Shown here: positions 20,042 through 29,454 of the stretch, in pieces
Numbering within the stretch: the stretch's first letter is position 1
Layout of the letters: the number at the start of each line of letters is the position of its first letter
Source of the DNA: Bacteroidales bacterium
GTDB lineage: Bacteria > Bacteroidota > Bacteroidia > Bacteroidales > VadinHA17
Length of the DNA: 64,000 nt
Assembly (NCBI GenBank): GCA_021163295.1
Contig: JAGGXD010000023.1
Coordinates: forward strand, 12,370 to 76,369
Direction: 5' to 3'
Made by a program: the position numbers and the translations under genes
Notes under the pieces: model-generated
Database searches by the model: none
Told to the model about the DNA's origin: nothing
The model's input: the letters and a program-made list of their open reading frames with translations, nothing else

Positions 20042-21547
20042 TTATCTTCTAAACGTGACTTCCACTTTTAGCTTTTTACCCGCGGGCAATATAATGCTGC
20101 GTTCCCGGACATCAAAGTCAGCCCAGGGTTTGCCGTTTATTCGCACACCGGTAATCTGCACTTTCGGATCGTTTACAGGTGAGACGAAATGTTTTTTCGG
20201 ACCATCTAATTCGAAATGGAGCACTACCGGTTTTTCATTTACAAAGAGACTGAGGTAAAGATAATTGAGAAATCCGTGCTCAATTTCGTGAAATGATGTA
20301 TGCCATGATCCCGCTTTCTCGCCTTTTCCCAGGAACGATCCGTCCGGAGAAACCCCTAAAAACACACCACCATATTTATGATCCCTAAAATAGCTATCAT
20401 AAAATAGCTCGGTCTTTTTAAAGTTTTCCAGATATTGCTCATCCTGGGTAACATTGTAAAGTTGAAGTTGCAGAAATGCACCATAGATTTGAACCCACCA
20501 ATAAATTTTTTGCGAGCCTGCAATGTGATAAGGCGGCGTTTTCTCAACGGAGTTAAACCATTTGCCTCGTTCCGCATTCCATCCGTACCGACAGAGATTG
20601 TCACCCAAAGCCTTGCCATGCTTAAGATAGCTTTCTTTTCCGGTTAAATGATATAGATGCAAAAAGAACAATGCTGCAGTTGAACATGCTCCCAGAAATA
20701 TACTTTCTTTTCCATCCACCAAATAAGGAACATAATTCCACTCCCTGTCAAATCCGTTGGGGTATCCCAATATCCAGCTATTTACCGTGTCGGTCATCCG
20801 CTCTATGCTTATATCAGCCAGATGCTTTGAAAAGCTTATCACTGCTGAATCCCGGGTAGCCAGAATAAGATATGGCATCAGTGAACCCTGTCCGTAGTGG
20901 GAATGTTTGGCCTTGGAAGAATCACTAACACTCAAATCCCGGTTTAGCTTCATAAAATAGCCATCTAACTCTTTATCGTGAGCGTATGTTTTGTGGATTT
21001 CAACTGATTTAAGAACATAGGACAGAGCACGTTCATCTCCTGTAACAAAGTAATACTGGGTAAGTCCAACGTTGTTATATATCTGCGAGGATGCACGTTT
21101 TTCGGTTATCTTCGGTTCTCCGGTCTGAGAGATGCTTTCAAACCAACCGCCATATTCCTGGTCCCAGCCATATTTAAGCAAATAGTCTACTGCCTCACGG
21201 GCAACATTAAGATACTTTTCTTCACCTGAAAGAAGATAAGCCGTGGAAAAGCTGAAAATCTGGCGGCTGATCATTGCCGACATTTTATCCCATGGAGGTT
21301 CCGGCTGCCAGTCACGTGATAGATTTAAATAGAAGGCTCCGTGTTCTTCGTCCAGTACATGTTTATACCAGTAAGGCATAAGTTCTGTTAACACCTGATC
21401 CCGCCAGAATTCACCATTCATAAATTTCTGTTCTCTGGTAGTATCAACATCATTCTTCGCGGTAACTGCTTGTCCAACAACAAAAAAAACCAGCAGAATA
21501 AACAATACCTTCTTTAATGAAAATCGGTTTTTTGATTTTTTAGTCAT
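20042..21547 (-). CDS. exported AGE-superfamily (alpha/alpha)6-barrel protein (N-acylglucosamine 2-epimerase-like)
   Basis: Signal peptide plus repeated YGWDQEYGGWF / YGWNAERGKWF / KYGGVF motifs typical of the AGE family. Confidence 0.55.
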   Translation of the reverse strand: MTKKSKNRFSLKKVLFILLVFFVVGQAVTAKNDVDTTREQKFMNGEFWRDQVLTELMPYWYKHVLDEEHGAFYLNLSRDWQPEPPWDKMSAMISRQIFSFSTAYLLSGEEKYLNVAREAVDYLLKYGWDQEYGGWFESISQTGEPKITEKRASSQIYNNVGLTQYYFVTGDERALSYVLKSVEIHKTYAHDKELDGYFMKLNRDLSVSDSSKAKHSHYGQGSLMPYLILATRDSAVISFSKHLADISIERMTDTVNSWILGYPNGFDREWNYVPYLVDGKESIFLGACSTAALFFLHLYHLTGKESYLKHGKALGDNLCRYGWNAERGKWFNSVEKTPPYHIAGSQKIYWWVQIYGAFLQLQLYNVTQDEQYLENFKKTELFYDSYFRDHKYGGVFLGVSPDGSFLGKGEKAGSWHTSFHEIEHGFLNYLYLSLFVNEKPVVLHFELDGPKKHFVSPVNDPKVQITGVRINGKPWADFDVRERSIILPAGKKLKVEVTFRR

Positions 21548-21594
21548 TTATATGTTCATTAAACCTTGTTTTTGATTTCCTTACAGACTTTACA

Positions 21595-22875
21595 TCAAAA
21601 GTAAAAACGCATCCATATTTCTACTTTCCTTTTAAATTGCTTACTGCCATATTCCGTATGGTTATCGCCAAAGAAAAAAACCGGCCAGAGTAAAACTTCA
21701 AAATTTGTAAATGGCTTATAACTTAGTTGAGGAGAAAAAAGCAGACTATTGTCAGCCAGATTATAAATTGTGAACATGGAAATTGAAGAGTAAAGCCAGG
21801 AAAAAGGTTCGGGCTGAATTATTTTCATATAGAGATAATCCCGCATTAACGTCTTTGAGCGAAATGTAGTAGACATGTTAAATACTGCAGAATTAATAAT
21901 CGCAGGAATATTACTATCTAAACTACTTTGCAAATAGTCAACATATGAAGTAAACTCATTTTTTGACAGACCTTTGTTGTTATGGTAGTATTCAACAATA
22001 AGTGTTGTATTGAATCGATTGAGGTAACGGAGTCCAAGCAAAAAGGAAACACCGTCAATTTTTTGTTGTAATACCAAATCATCAACAATAAGGTATTTGT
22101 TTTCTCCATGCGCATAACCAATCTCAGAATGAATTTCTACATTTTCCCGCAGATTGGCTGAAAAGTCCATCCCAAACCGCTGAGGTTCATTCTTTCTAAA
22201 AGCTGCCATAAAATCAAGGTCAATATTTTTCAGAAGGAAATAGAGCTTAAATGCAGCACCAATTTCATCGGCAGATGCAAATTTTTGATTTATCTCAGCT
22301 TCAAGCGGTAACAGTATAGCAGCCACAGAAAAATTCTGTAGTGAACCAGATGTTAAACTCTTGTTATAATTGATATAAACTGATGTTTTACCAGCCAAAG
22401 CCAGGTCGGGATTTTCGGGATCTTTTTCAGCATTAACATAGCCAACGGGATTAAATGCATATCCTTTTCCCCAGTTAAAGCGGCGCTTTCCGATGCTCAT
22501 ACTCAAACGTGGCGAAAGGTTTAAACTACCATATAATTCAAAAAAGGAGGGAGAAAGAGACTCCTCTTTGGCATACTGGGTAAAGGTCTTCATAAAAAAG
22601 CCGACTTTTTTATAGCGATATTCCCCGTTCAGATAAAAATCAAGCCTGTTTTGAGAGAGATAATCACTTTTTTCAGAAACATCATAGAACTGTAATCCAA
22701 AAAATGGGGATGATTTTCGAGTTTGCAGGATGCCTAATTTCGCATCGAGATTACCATTAAATTCAATTTTAGCTTCTTCTTCTTCAGGAATGTCGAAATC
22801 ATACTCTTGCGAAAACCCGCTGGTAAAGGCATTAGTAAAAAGCGCCACCAAAAGAATATTTTTTATAAGTCTCAT
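21595..22875 (-). CDS. outer-membrane beta-barrel protein, unknown function
   Basis: Signal peptide, alternating amphipathic strands, and a C-terminal aromatic residue (...WMRFYF). Confidence 0.5.
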   Translation of the reverse strand: MRLIKNILLVALFTNAFTSGFSQEYDFDIPEEEEAKIEFNGNLDAKLGILQTRKSSPFFGLQFYDVSEKSDYLSQNRLDFYLNGEYRYKKVGFFMKTFTQYAKEESLSPSFFELYGSLNLSPRLSMSIGKRRFNWGKGYAFNPVGYVNAEKDPENPDLALAGKTSVYINYNKSLTSGSLQNFSVAAILLPLEAEINQKFASADEIGAAFKLYFLLKNIDLDFMAAFRKNEPQRFGMDFSANLRENVEIHSEIGYAHGENKYLIVDDLVLQQKIDGVSFLLGLRYLNRFNTTLIVEYYHNNKGLSKNEFTSYVDYLQSSLDSNIPAIINSAVFNMSTTFRSKTLMRDYLYMKIIQPEPFSWLYSSISMFTIYNLADNSLLFSPQLSYKPFTNFEVLLWPVFFFGDNHTEYGSKQFKRKVEIWMRFYF

Positions 22876-23627
22876 CGTAATTCACCTAATCTCGATAAGT
22901 ATTCAAGGGTAAACACTTCATCCGGAAGTTTTCGGTGTTTCATGCTGGAATAAATCATTAATGAACGATAACCTTTATACAATGGGCTACTTGTTTCAAT
23001 AACCGCCGGTCGCATGATTTCGTCCCCAAAATTCTTTACATTTTTGAATTCTAATGTTTTTATTAACGTTCCGGATGCAGCATAACATTCAACCTTTGTT
23101 ACCATAATATTTTTTTTATCAACCCACATTTTCAATTTGTCATAAGCCACAATTTGGGTCCTTGCTTTCAGATCTAAAATATACTCTGATGGGGTCTGAT
23201 CTAATATGGTCGCTTCATATTCAAAGGAATAATCAAGCCGCATAATATCGGCATTATTAAAAACGCCTCCAATAACCGACTGCATACTTGTAATCCTTAT
23301 CGGTCTACCAACATTGGGAATATAGAGCCACATATTATCCCCCAAACGCAATGTAGCACGTCCCTTTTCACTGGCCGGGGAGACATACAACATGGCTACT
23401 TTATCTTTGCCTTTTTTGACCGTATAAAAAATAAATTCCTTTTTACTGCCATCAGGTTCTTCGTTTATAAGCTTACGGTAAGATTCAAAAGAGACAGGCA
23501 TAAGATTTTCATCTGCTATTTTGAGAATTTTATTGCCTTCGGTCATATTTGTAGTGCCTTCTTGCGCCCAAATTACATACGAAACGAAAAGGAATATCAG
23601 TATGAGGAATAATCTATTTTTATTCAT
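22872..23627 (-). CDS. LolA-like outer membrane lipoprotein-sorting protein
   Basis: Signal peptide. DNMWLYIPNVGRPIRITS...GGVFNNADIMRLDY matches the LolA_like pattern. Confidence 0.7.
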   Translation of the reverse strand: MNKNRLFLILIFLFVSYVIWAQEGTTNMTEGNKILKIADENLMPVSFESYRKLINEEPDGSKKEFIFYTVKKGKDKVAMLYVSPASEKGRATLRLGDNMWLYIPNVGRPIRITSMQSVIGGVFNNADIMRLDYSFEYEATILDQTPSEYILDLKARTQIVAYDKLKMWVDKKNIMVTKVECYAASGTLIKTLEFKNVKNFGDEIMRPAVIETSSPLYKGYRSLMIYSSMKHRKLPDEVFTLEYLSRLGELR

Positions 23628-24066
23628 CTTTACTCCGTTTATTTTTCACGATTGTTTTAACTATTTCCTTTATTATTCCTGTACGTTCATGATATTTTAT
23701 CTTATTCGTCTCTAATTGCTTTTTCATTTTATCACCAAACTTACCGGCAATTACAGTTTTAACAGACTCTTTTACAAGAAGATTCACGACTACCGAACTG
23801 GCACCACCTCCTTGCATCAAAGAGGGATTTTTAATGGCTTTTATAAAAACACCTTTCTTATCAAAAAGAAGATAATACGGTGCCCTGCCTGCCCTCATAC
23901 TTATTTCAGAAGTTACACTATCACCATCTGCTGCTATTGCTATTCTATTTGATGATTTTAAATTGTCCACATCTGAATTGGGTGTAATAGACAAACACTG
24001 TTTGCCTTGTAAAAAGAAGGTACTAAAAAATAATACCAGGAAAAAAGTTCTTAAATTTTCTTTCAT
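23620..24066 (-). CDS. NifB/NifX-family (dinitrogenase FeMo-cofactor-binding domain) protein with signal peptide
   Basis: IAIAADGDS...GRAPYYLLFD...GGGASSVVVNLL...VKTVIAGKFG matches the Nitro_FeMo-Co fold pattern. N-terminal hydrophobic leader MKENLRTFFLVLFFSTFFL. Confidence 0.55.
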   Translation of the reverse strand: MKENLRTFFLVLFFSTFFLQGKQCLSITPNSDVDNLKSSNRIAIAADGDSVTSEISMRAGRAPYYLLFDKKGVFIKAIKNPSLMQGGGASSVVVNLLVKESVKTVIAGKFGDKMKKQLETNKIKYHERTGIIKEIVKTIVKNKRSKDE

Positions 24067-24078
24067 TTGTTAATTATT

Positions 24079-25332
24079 TTATACATGTCTTAGAGCATCA
24101 ACAGGCTGCATCCTGGATGCTTTAAGCGCCGGTTGCAAACTGGAAATAACAGCGATAAATATCACAATTAAAGAGACCGAAATTATTTCTGACGGAGCGA
24201 TTGAAGTCTCCAGTAAAATATTCTTCATCCTGCCAAAAGAAAAGTGGAACTTGGCGATATTTATAAAAAATATAGCCAACACACCAATAATATTTCCAAC
24301 AATTGTGCTAATTATTGCCAACGAAAAACCTTCTGCCATAAATAGCCACAATATCTTCGATGGTAACGTGCCAATTGCCGAGATAGTACCAATCTCATTA
24401 ACACGTTCGTACACCGACATCATCATAACGTTTAAGATACTAATAAGTACAATAGCAATAAGAACCATTTTGATTGTAATAATCAGCAAATCCACGATAG
24501 CAGCAATAGTTGAGAATGGGGACAGATCAGCCCATGTATGTAATTCAAAAACAGGCATATTTTGCTTGTTTTCAAATTGAGATAATTCATTAGCAATTAA
24601 CTTGTTCATTCCGTTCAGGTTATCTGGGTTTTTCAGACGAATGGCCACTTCATTGATCTCTTCACCATTAATTCGTAGCAGGGTTTTAGCATCATTAATA
24701 TGTATAAAACCATCTCGCCCTGAAGGACCCATAATACCTTCAATAACATTAGAAACCTTAAGACTCAATCCATTAACAGAACCATCCTTATTATTGGCAA
24801 CAAGAACAACCTCATCTCCGGATTTGAGATTTAACCCGTTGGCAAGATTCTCAGGTATAATTATTTTGCCCTGTTCTATAAATTTATCCGGATCTTGAAT
24901 ATCTCCGTTGATCCTTTCCACCAACCGGGGACAGGCAGCATTTTCCATCTGAGGTTGAACTGCCGTCAATCGAATATTGGTTGTTTCCTGAAAATTACTG
25001 AGCATCGCACCAAATTTTATTCGATAAGAAAAAGCCTCAATAACATCGTTATGCTTTTCAAAGATATTCTCAAGTTGTTTAATGCCTTTCTCATTTATGT
25101 TTAGATGCAGAGGCAGATTATCGATGGAACTTACATATCCTTTTTTATGAATTTGTAAATGCCCCAGCATTGAATCAGTAATAGACCCAATCATCATACT
25201 TTTAAATGAAACAGATACTCCGGAAAAAACAACCACCATTACGACCCCTATAATAATAAGCATTGAAGTCATCAGAGTACGCCTTTTATATCGAAGCAAA
25301 TTCCTAAAGGCTATTTTAAAAATATTTTTCAT
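24079..25332 (-). CDS. ABC transporter permease, FtsX/MacB type
   Basis: One TM helix, a large periplasmic domain, then three C-terminal TM helices of the FtsX type. Confidence 0.85.
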   Translation of the reverse strand: MKNIFKIAFRNLLRYKRRTLMTSMLIIIGVVMVVVFSGVSVSFKSMMIGSITDSMLGHLQIHKKGYVSSIDNLPLHLNINEKGIKQLENIFEKHNDVIEAFSYRIKFGAMLSNFQETTNIRLTAVQPQMENAACPRLVERINGDIQDPDKFIEQGKIIIPENLANGLNLKSGDEVVLVANNKDGSVNGLSLKVSNVIEGIMGPSGRDGFIHINDAKTLLRINGEEINEVAIRLKNPDNLNGMNKLIANELSQFENKQNMPVFELHTWADLSPFSTIAAIVDLLIITIKMVLIAIVLISILNVMMMSVYERVNEIGTISAIGTLPSKILWLFMAEGFSLAIISTIVGNIIGVLAIFFINIAKFHFSFGRMKNILLETSIAPSEIISVSLIVIFIAVISSLQPALKASRMQPVDALRHV

Positions 25333-25381
25333 TTTTTTTATATCACAAATTAATTGTATCGGAATTTATTTAAGCAGCAAC

Positions 25382-26059
25382 TTATTTGTCAACAAGTTTT
25401 CCGTCTTCAAGTGTATAAATTATTTCAGCTTCTTTGACAACCTTGGGATCATGAGTTGAAAAAATAAAAGTTGTTTTTAAATTTTCCTGCATTTGTTTCA
25501 TCAGTTTAATAACTTTAAAAGCCGTGGCATGGTCCAGGTTGGCAGTAGGCTCGTCTGCCAGTACTAATTTAGGATCAGTAACCAGCGCACGGGCTACAGC
25601 GACCCTTTGTTTTTGTCCGCCTGAAAGCTGGGAAGGATATTTATCTTTTTGATCAGTCATTCCTACTGCTTCCAGGTAATGCATAATTCTTTCCTTACGT
25701 TTACCGACTGGGATATTTTGCACCATGATTAGGGGATACTCCACGTTTTCATAAGTTGTTAATACAGGCAGTAAATTGAAATTCTGAAAGATGAATCCAA
25801 GATGTTGACCGCGAAACTGAGCGGCTTCTTTATTTGAAAAACTATTTACCGGTGTACCATTCACAAACACTTCCCCGGATGAAGGCTTATCAAGACAGCC
25901 AATAAGATTGAGCAATGTTGTTTTGCCACTGCCTGACGGACCTACAAAAGACACAAATGACTGTTTCTCAATATCCAATTCAATATCTTTCAACGCCCTA
26001 ACAGACACCTCCCCTATTTGATAATCCTTTGTAACTTGTTTTATTTCAACTAACGACAT
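25382..26059 (-). CDS. ABC transporter ATP-binding protein (LolD/MacB-like)
   Basis: [17 protein letters not shown] and LVLADEPT motifs. Confidence 0.9.
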   Translation of the reverse strand: MSLVEIKQVTKDYQIGEVSVRALKDIELDIEKQSFVSFVGPSGSGKTTLLNLIGCLDKPSSGEVFVNGTPVNSFSNKEAAQFRGQHLGFIFQNFNLLPVLTTYENVEYPLIMVQNIPVGKRKERIMHYLEAVGMTDQKDKYPSQLSGGQKQRVAVARALVTDPKLVLADEPTANLDHATAFKVIKLMKQMQENLKTTFIFSTHDPKVVKEAEIIYTLEDGKLVDK

Positions 26060-26139
26060 GTATTTTTTTCTAAATTATTAATAAATATTGTAGAAATATA
26101 GCTTCCTTCTTTTATAAATCTAATGTTAAAATGAAGTAA

Positions 26140-26147
26140 CAAATATA
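26140..26147 (-). promoter_or_regulatory. candidate -7 box TATATTTG for the ABC/LolA-like operon
   Basis: The reverse complement of CAAATATA matches TAnnTTTG. Lies ~80 nt upstream of the ATG at 26059. Confidence 0.3.
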
Positions 26148-26227
26148 ATTTTTTTAATTATGATTAACATCAAAACTCACCTGTCGCTATTAAAAGCATC
26201 GGAATAGTGGTCAGGTGGAGAGTTTTG

Positions 26228-26758
26228 TCAGTTAGTTTTTTTGCTTTTTGCTGCACTCCCGGGACAAGCCTCTCTCATAGCACACAAGCTACAACCTTTT
26301 TTTCTCACAGGGAATGAAATTGCATTTATGATTAGGAACAACACCAGAACAAACCAATAAACCCAAACAGGGCTTTTAATTATAGCAAAGATAAGCGCTG
26401 TAACAAAAATTACCGGTGGAGGTACGATGTAGAAAAGGGAAAGTTTTATTCCCGTTTTTGGATTACCACTGTCCTGCTTAAACAAAGCCGATGCAATTTT
26501 TCCCCAGCCAAGATGACACAGCTTACCATAATAATAACAACCACTGCAATTATGTTTTTTTAATAAAATCTGGACAACCACTACCAGGACTGCCCATATA
26601 ATAGTGAGTAACGGTAAACCAAATGGCATCCATAACTGCCAAATAAGATATCCTGCCAGTATCCACGTTGTTAAATAAAGCAGGTTCTCACTAATAATCC
26701 ATACCAGAGAAAACGATTCTTTTCCGGGCACAATCTTGTCCTGATAGCATTTATACAT
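26228..26758 (-). CDS. polytopic membrane protein with Cys clusters, unknown function
   Basis: About 4 TM helices plus HNCSGCYYYGKLCH and KGCSLCAMREACPG motifs. Confidence 0.6.
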   Translation of the reverse strand: MYKCYQDKIVPGKESFSLVWIISENLLYLTTWILAGYLIWQLWMPFGLPLLTIIWAVLVVVVQILLKKHNCSGCYYYGKLCHLGWGKIASALFKQDSGNPKTGIKLSLFYIVPPPVIFVTALIFAIIKSPVWVYWFVLVLFLIINAISFPVRKKGCSLCAMREACPGSAAKSKKTN

Positions 26759-26849
26759 TTTTCACCTCCATTTTAACTACATAACATATTAAACATCAGT
26801 AAAAATTAGCATATATTTATTATTTGTAACTATTCAGCTTATTAAGTTT

Positions 26850-26876
26850 AAAGTGACTAAAGTGTCTAAAGTGCCT
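26850..26876. repeat. tandem nonamer tract AAAGTGACT AAAGTGTCT AAAGTGCCT
   Basis: Read directly inside the 405-bp spacer 26759..27163. Confidence 0.9.
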
Positions 26877-27163
26877 TGAGTAGTTTTAGCTAGTAAGGAG
26901 ATGTCGGAAAGTTTAGAAATCTTTTTTTGAATATGTCTAATTATATTATTTTTTGTAAGGAGGTCAACTTTTTCAAACATATTTTTTTACCTCTTATTTA
27001 ATACGTTACGATTTAATTTTATGCATAATACCAAGTTTTAGCCACCGAAAGGCTTAGACGCACAGAACATCAGGATTAAATCAAAACTTTATTGTACGCA
27101 CCGATTATGAGGAATTTACTGAACCACACTTAGGCTAGATACAAACTATTGTTATACTGCAAG

Positions 27164-28225
27164 TTATGAGCCTTCTGTTTCAATATTACTAATAGTTGAA
27201 AAAGCTGATTTAATTAACTCACGATATTCTGAATTTATATAATAATTATTTTTTGTCTCACCAATATACTTCCCATCTGGACCACCAACATATTGACCAC
27301 TACTATTATCAAAACTGATTAATTGCCGTAAATGAGGATTAGCCTTTTTTGTAAGAAACTGAGATATATTGCTAAGATAGCGACCTGCCTGTCCGACATC
27401 TTTACCAATCCCTTTATTATAGAGTTGCTCTTTAATTTCTTCTCTTTGAAATGTTCTGTCTTCGGATATTAGTATTTCAAGAAAAGCAATGAACCTTGGT
27501 GTTAAATCAGAAACTCTACGCAACGTAGTAATTAATCGTTTCTTTAGTTCTTCATTCGGTAAATCGGATTTTTCCAATGAAAAGCTACTTCGAGGAGATC
27601 TTGTAAATCCCTTTTGTTTGGATTCTTTCTTAACTATATAATCTTTCGCTTCAGGTAGAGGAATAATTATCTCTGGTTTTATAAATAGTTGGTGATTGGA
27701 ATCTAAATAGGGTATCAGTTTAACGCATGTTATATCAATTCCATAATCTCTTAACCATAATACTGCAGATATTACATCTGAATGAAATTCCTTAGAACAA
27801 AGTATGATTCTTTGTTTCAAATTTAACTTATCAATTTCTTCATCAATAAATTCTTCTATTTTTAATTGAGCATCATCATCATCTGATTCTAAATAATTTG
27901 CATAATATTGGAAAATATCTTCCAGTAAAAAATTTGAACAGTATGAAACATATTTTATTGCTTGCCATTCAACATCACTTCCAGAATCGTCCCTTTTTAG
28001 TTCAATTACGACTAAAGACGCATCTTTATCAATTGCCAATAAATCAAGTCGTTTCCTAGATGGAAGTTCTAGCTCTTTTGAGATTACTAAAAGTGATTCA
28101 CCTAAAATTTCGGGAGTCTTTTCAATCCACTCTTGAATATCAAAACGTTCCAACAAGTTCAATGAACTATATTTTGTTGGCTCCAATTTTATTAACTTTT
28201 TATTTTCTATATCGACTTTATACAT
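27164..28225 (-). CDS. RecB/NucS-like PD-(D/E)xK nuclease domain protein with a distinct C-terminal domain
   Basis: RLD61LLAID66...VVIE75LK77RD followed by Q88AIKY92 (QxxxY). The C-terminal ~150 aa has a helix-rich, possibly winged-helix segment (RFIAFLEILISEDRTFQREEIKEQLY). Confidence 0.7.
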   Translation of the reverse strand: MYKVDIENKKLIKLEPTKYSSLNLLERFDIQEWIEKTPEILGESLLVISKELELPSRKRLDLLAIDKDASLVVIELKRDDSGSDVEWQAIKYVSYCSNFLLEDIFQYYANYLESDDDDAQLKIEEFIDEEIDKLNLKQRIILCSKEFHSDVISAVLWLRDYGIDITCVKLIPYLDSNHQLFIKPEIIIPLPEAKDYIVKKESKQKGFTRSPRSSFSLEKSDLPNEELKKRLITTLRRVSDLTPRFIAFLEILISEDRTFQREEIKEQLYNKGIGKDVGQAGRYLSNISQFLTKKANPHLRQLISFDNSSGQYVGGPDGKYIGETKNNYYINSEYRELIKSAFSTISNIETEGS

Positions 28226-28315
28226 TACTTAATTTTCTGAATTTTTCTAAAGGTATAACATATAATTCTACTGCAAATTACTATATAATATTTGTAATGT
28301 CTCATTTATTTTTCA

Positions 28316-28942
28316 CTAAAATGGCAAATCATCTTCTTCATTTGAATTCTTTCCCAAATCATACCACCCTGATAATTGTAACCAGCATTTTGGTTCTTCA
28401 TCTTCATTAAAGGTTACCCATCTCGCTAATGAAACTCTCAATAATGTTCCTGCCGGTATAGTATCAACTGTGTCTTCAAATCCTTTGAATTTTATACTTC
28501 TCCAACCAATTGATGATGGATATTGATATCTAATTCCTTTATATTCTTTTCTTTTTAAGTCTCTGTCACTAATCCAAAATCCTACACTGTGCCTTGGTAC
28601 TCCACCATTCTTATTAATGTAACCACTTCCGTTAGGTGTCCACTGAATTAAGCCATCAAATAGTACATCCGGATTACCTTTCCATATTGAAATGTTTCTT
28701 TTCTCAATGAAATCTTTAATTGTAATATTATTCTTTAGTTTTCCTTTTGGCTTTCTACTTTGAATCAATATATCTTCAACGTGAGGTGGTGTATTGTTCG
28801 TTCGTTCTTTATATTCTATTTCCCAAGCTTGTTTAGGTGCTAAGTCAGTATCTCCAGGTTGATTACTACCATTTGAATCAAGTAATCGAACATATCGTCC
28901 TTGTAATGTTATTCCGCCAATACAAACTTGACCATTATTCAT
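28316..28942 (-). CDS. 208-aa protein of unknown function ending in an SSB-like acidic tip (EEDDLPF)
   Basis: Clean ORF 17 nt downstream of the DUF488 genes. Beta-rich, W/G/K-rich body with C-terminus ...GKNSNEEDDLPF. Confidence 0.7.
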   Translation of the reverse strand: MNNGQVCIGGITLQGRYVRLLDSNGSNQPGDTDLAPKQAWEIEYKERTNNTPPHVEDILIQSRKPKGKLKNNITIKDFIEKRNISIWKGNPDVLFDGLIQWTPNGSGYINKNGGVPRHSVGFWISDRDLKRKEYKGIRYQYPSSIGWRSIKFKGFEDTVDTIPAGTLLRVSLARWVTFNEDEEPKCWLQLSGWYDLGKNSNEEDDLPF

Positions 28943-28959
28943 GTTGGTTTTGGAAAGAA

Positions 28960-29454
28960 TTAAAACAATTGCTTTCTTAAATGAACTATATCGTAATTAA
29001 ACTGAGAATTTAATTTTTCTGTTACTATTGACCTATGACATGCTTCTGGTCTTTCTTCAACACAAAAAAGAGCAACTTTACTTGCTCCTATTTCATCAAG
29101 TTTTTCGATAAATGAATCAAAGTCAAAATTCTTTAAAATTTTGTTTATATATTTAATCCTGAAAACCTGACCGAGTTCCTGCCTGTCTCTTTTTAATTCA
29201 CCTTTTTGAGCATCGGCTTCTTTTTGAAGTTCTCTTATTTCTTTTGTTGGTGCAAGCTCAAGAATATGTCCGTATTTTATATCAAGTTCAATTAACTTTT
29301 GTTGAAGGCGATTGCTGTTTACAAAAGCGTATTTTGCCCCACGAACCCCACGCCTTTGTCGAATATCGCAGAATGTGTCAATGTTATTAGCAATAAGTTT
29401 TTGAAAGAACTCATTTTCCGTAGAGCCATAAACTCCGATTGTATAAAATGTCAT
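28960..29454 (-). CDS. DUF488 domain protein (short subtype)
   Basis: MTFYTIGVYG...DIRQRR...ALFCVEERPEACHRSIV shows the conserved N-terminal strand and the C.E..PE.CHR motif of DUF488. Confidence 0.8.
   Translation of the reverse strand: MTFYTIGVYGSTENEFFQKLIANNIDTFCDIRQRRGVRGAKYAFVNSNRLQQKLIELDIKYGHILELAPTKEIRELQKEADAQKGELKRDRQELGQVFRIKYINKILKNFDFDSFIEKLDEIGASKVALFCVEERPEACHRSIVTEKLNSQFNYDIVHLRKQLF

Noticed and set aside
26834-26980. 48-aa minus-strand ORF (MFEKVDLLTKNNIIRHIQKKISKLSDISLLAKTTQGTLDTLVTLNLIS) in the 405-bp spacer, together with two SD-like GTAAGGAG(A/G)T strings at 26893 and 26955 on the + strand.
   Set aside because: Its C-terminal part is just the translation of the nonamer tandem repeat. 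No start codon lies at a sensible distance after either AAGGAG string, and Bacteroidota rarely rely on SD sequences. It could still be a small gene, but nothing supports that.
28060-28410. 116-aa + strand ORF spanning the gap between the nuclease and the 208-aa gene of the cassette.
   Set aside because: It overlaps both minus-strand genes and translates to low-complexity L/I/F/Y-rich sequence, typical of antisense AT-rich DNA.
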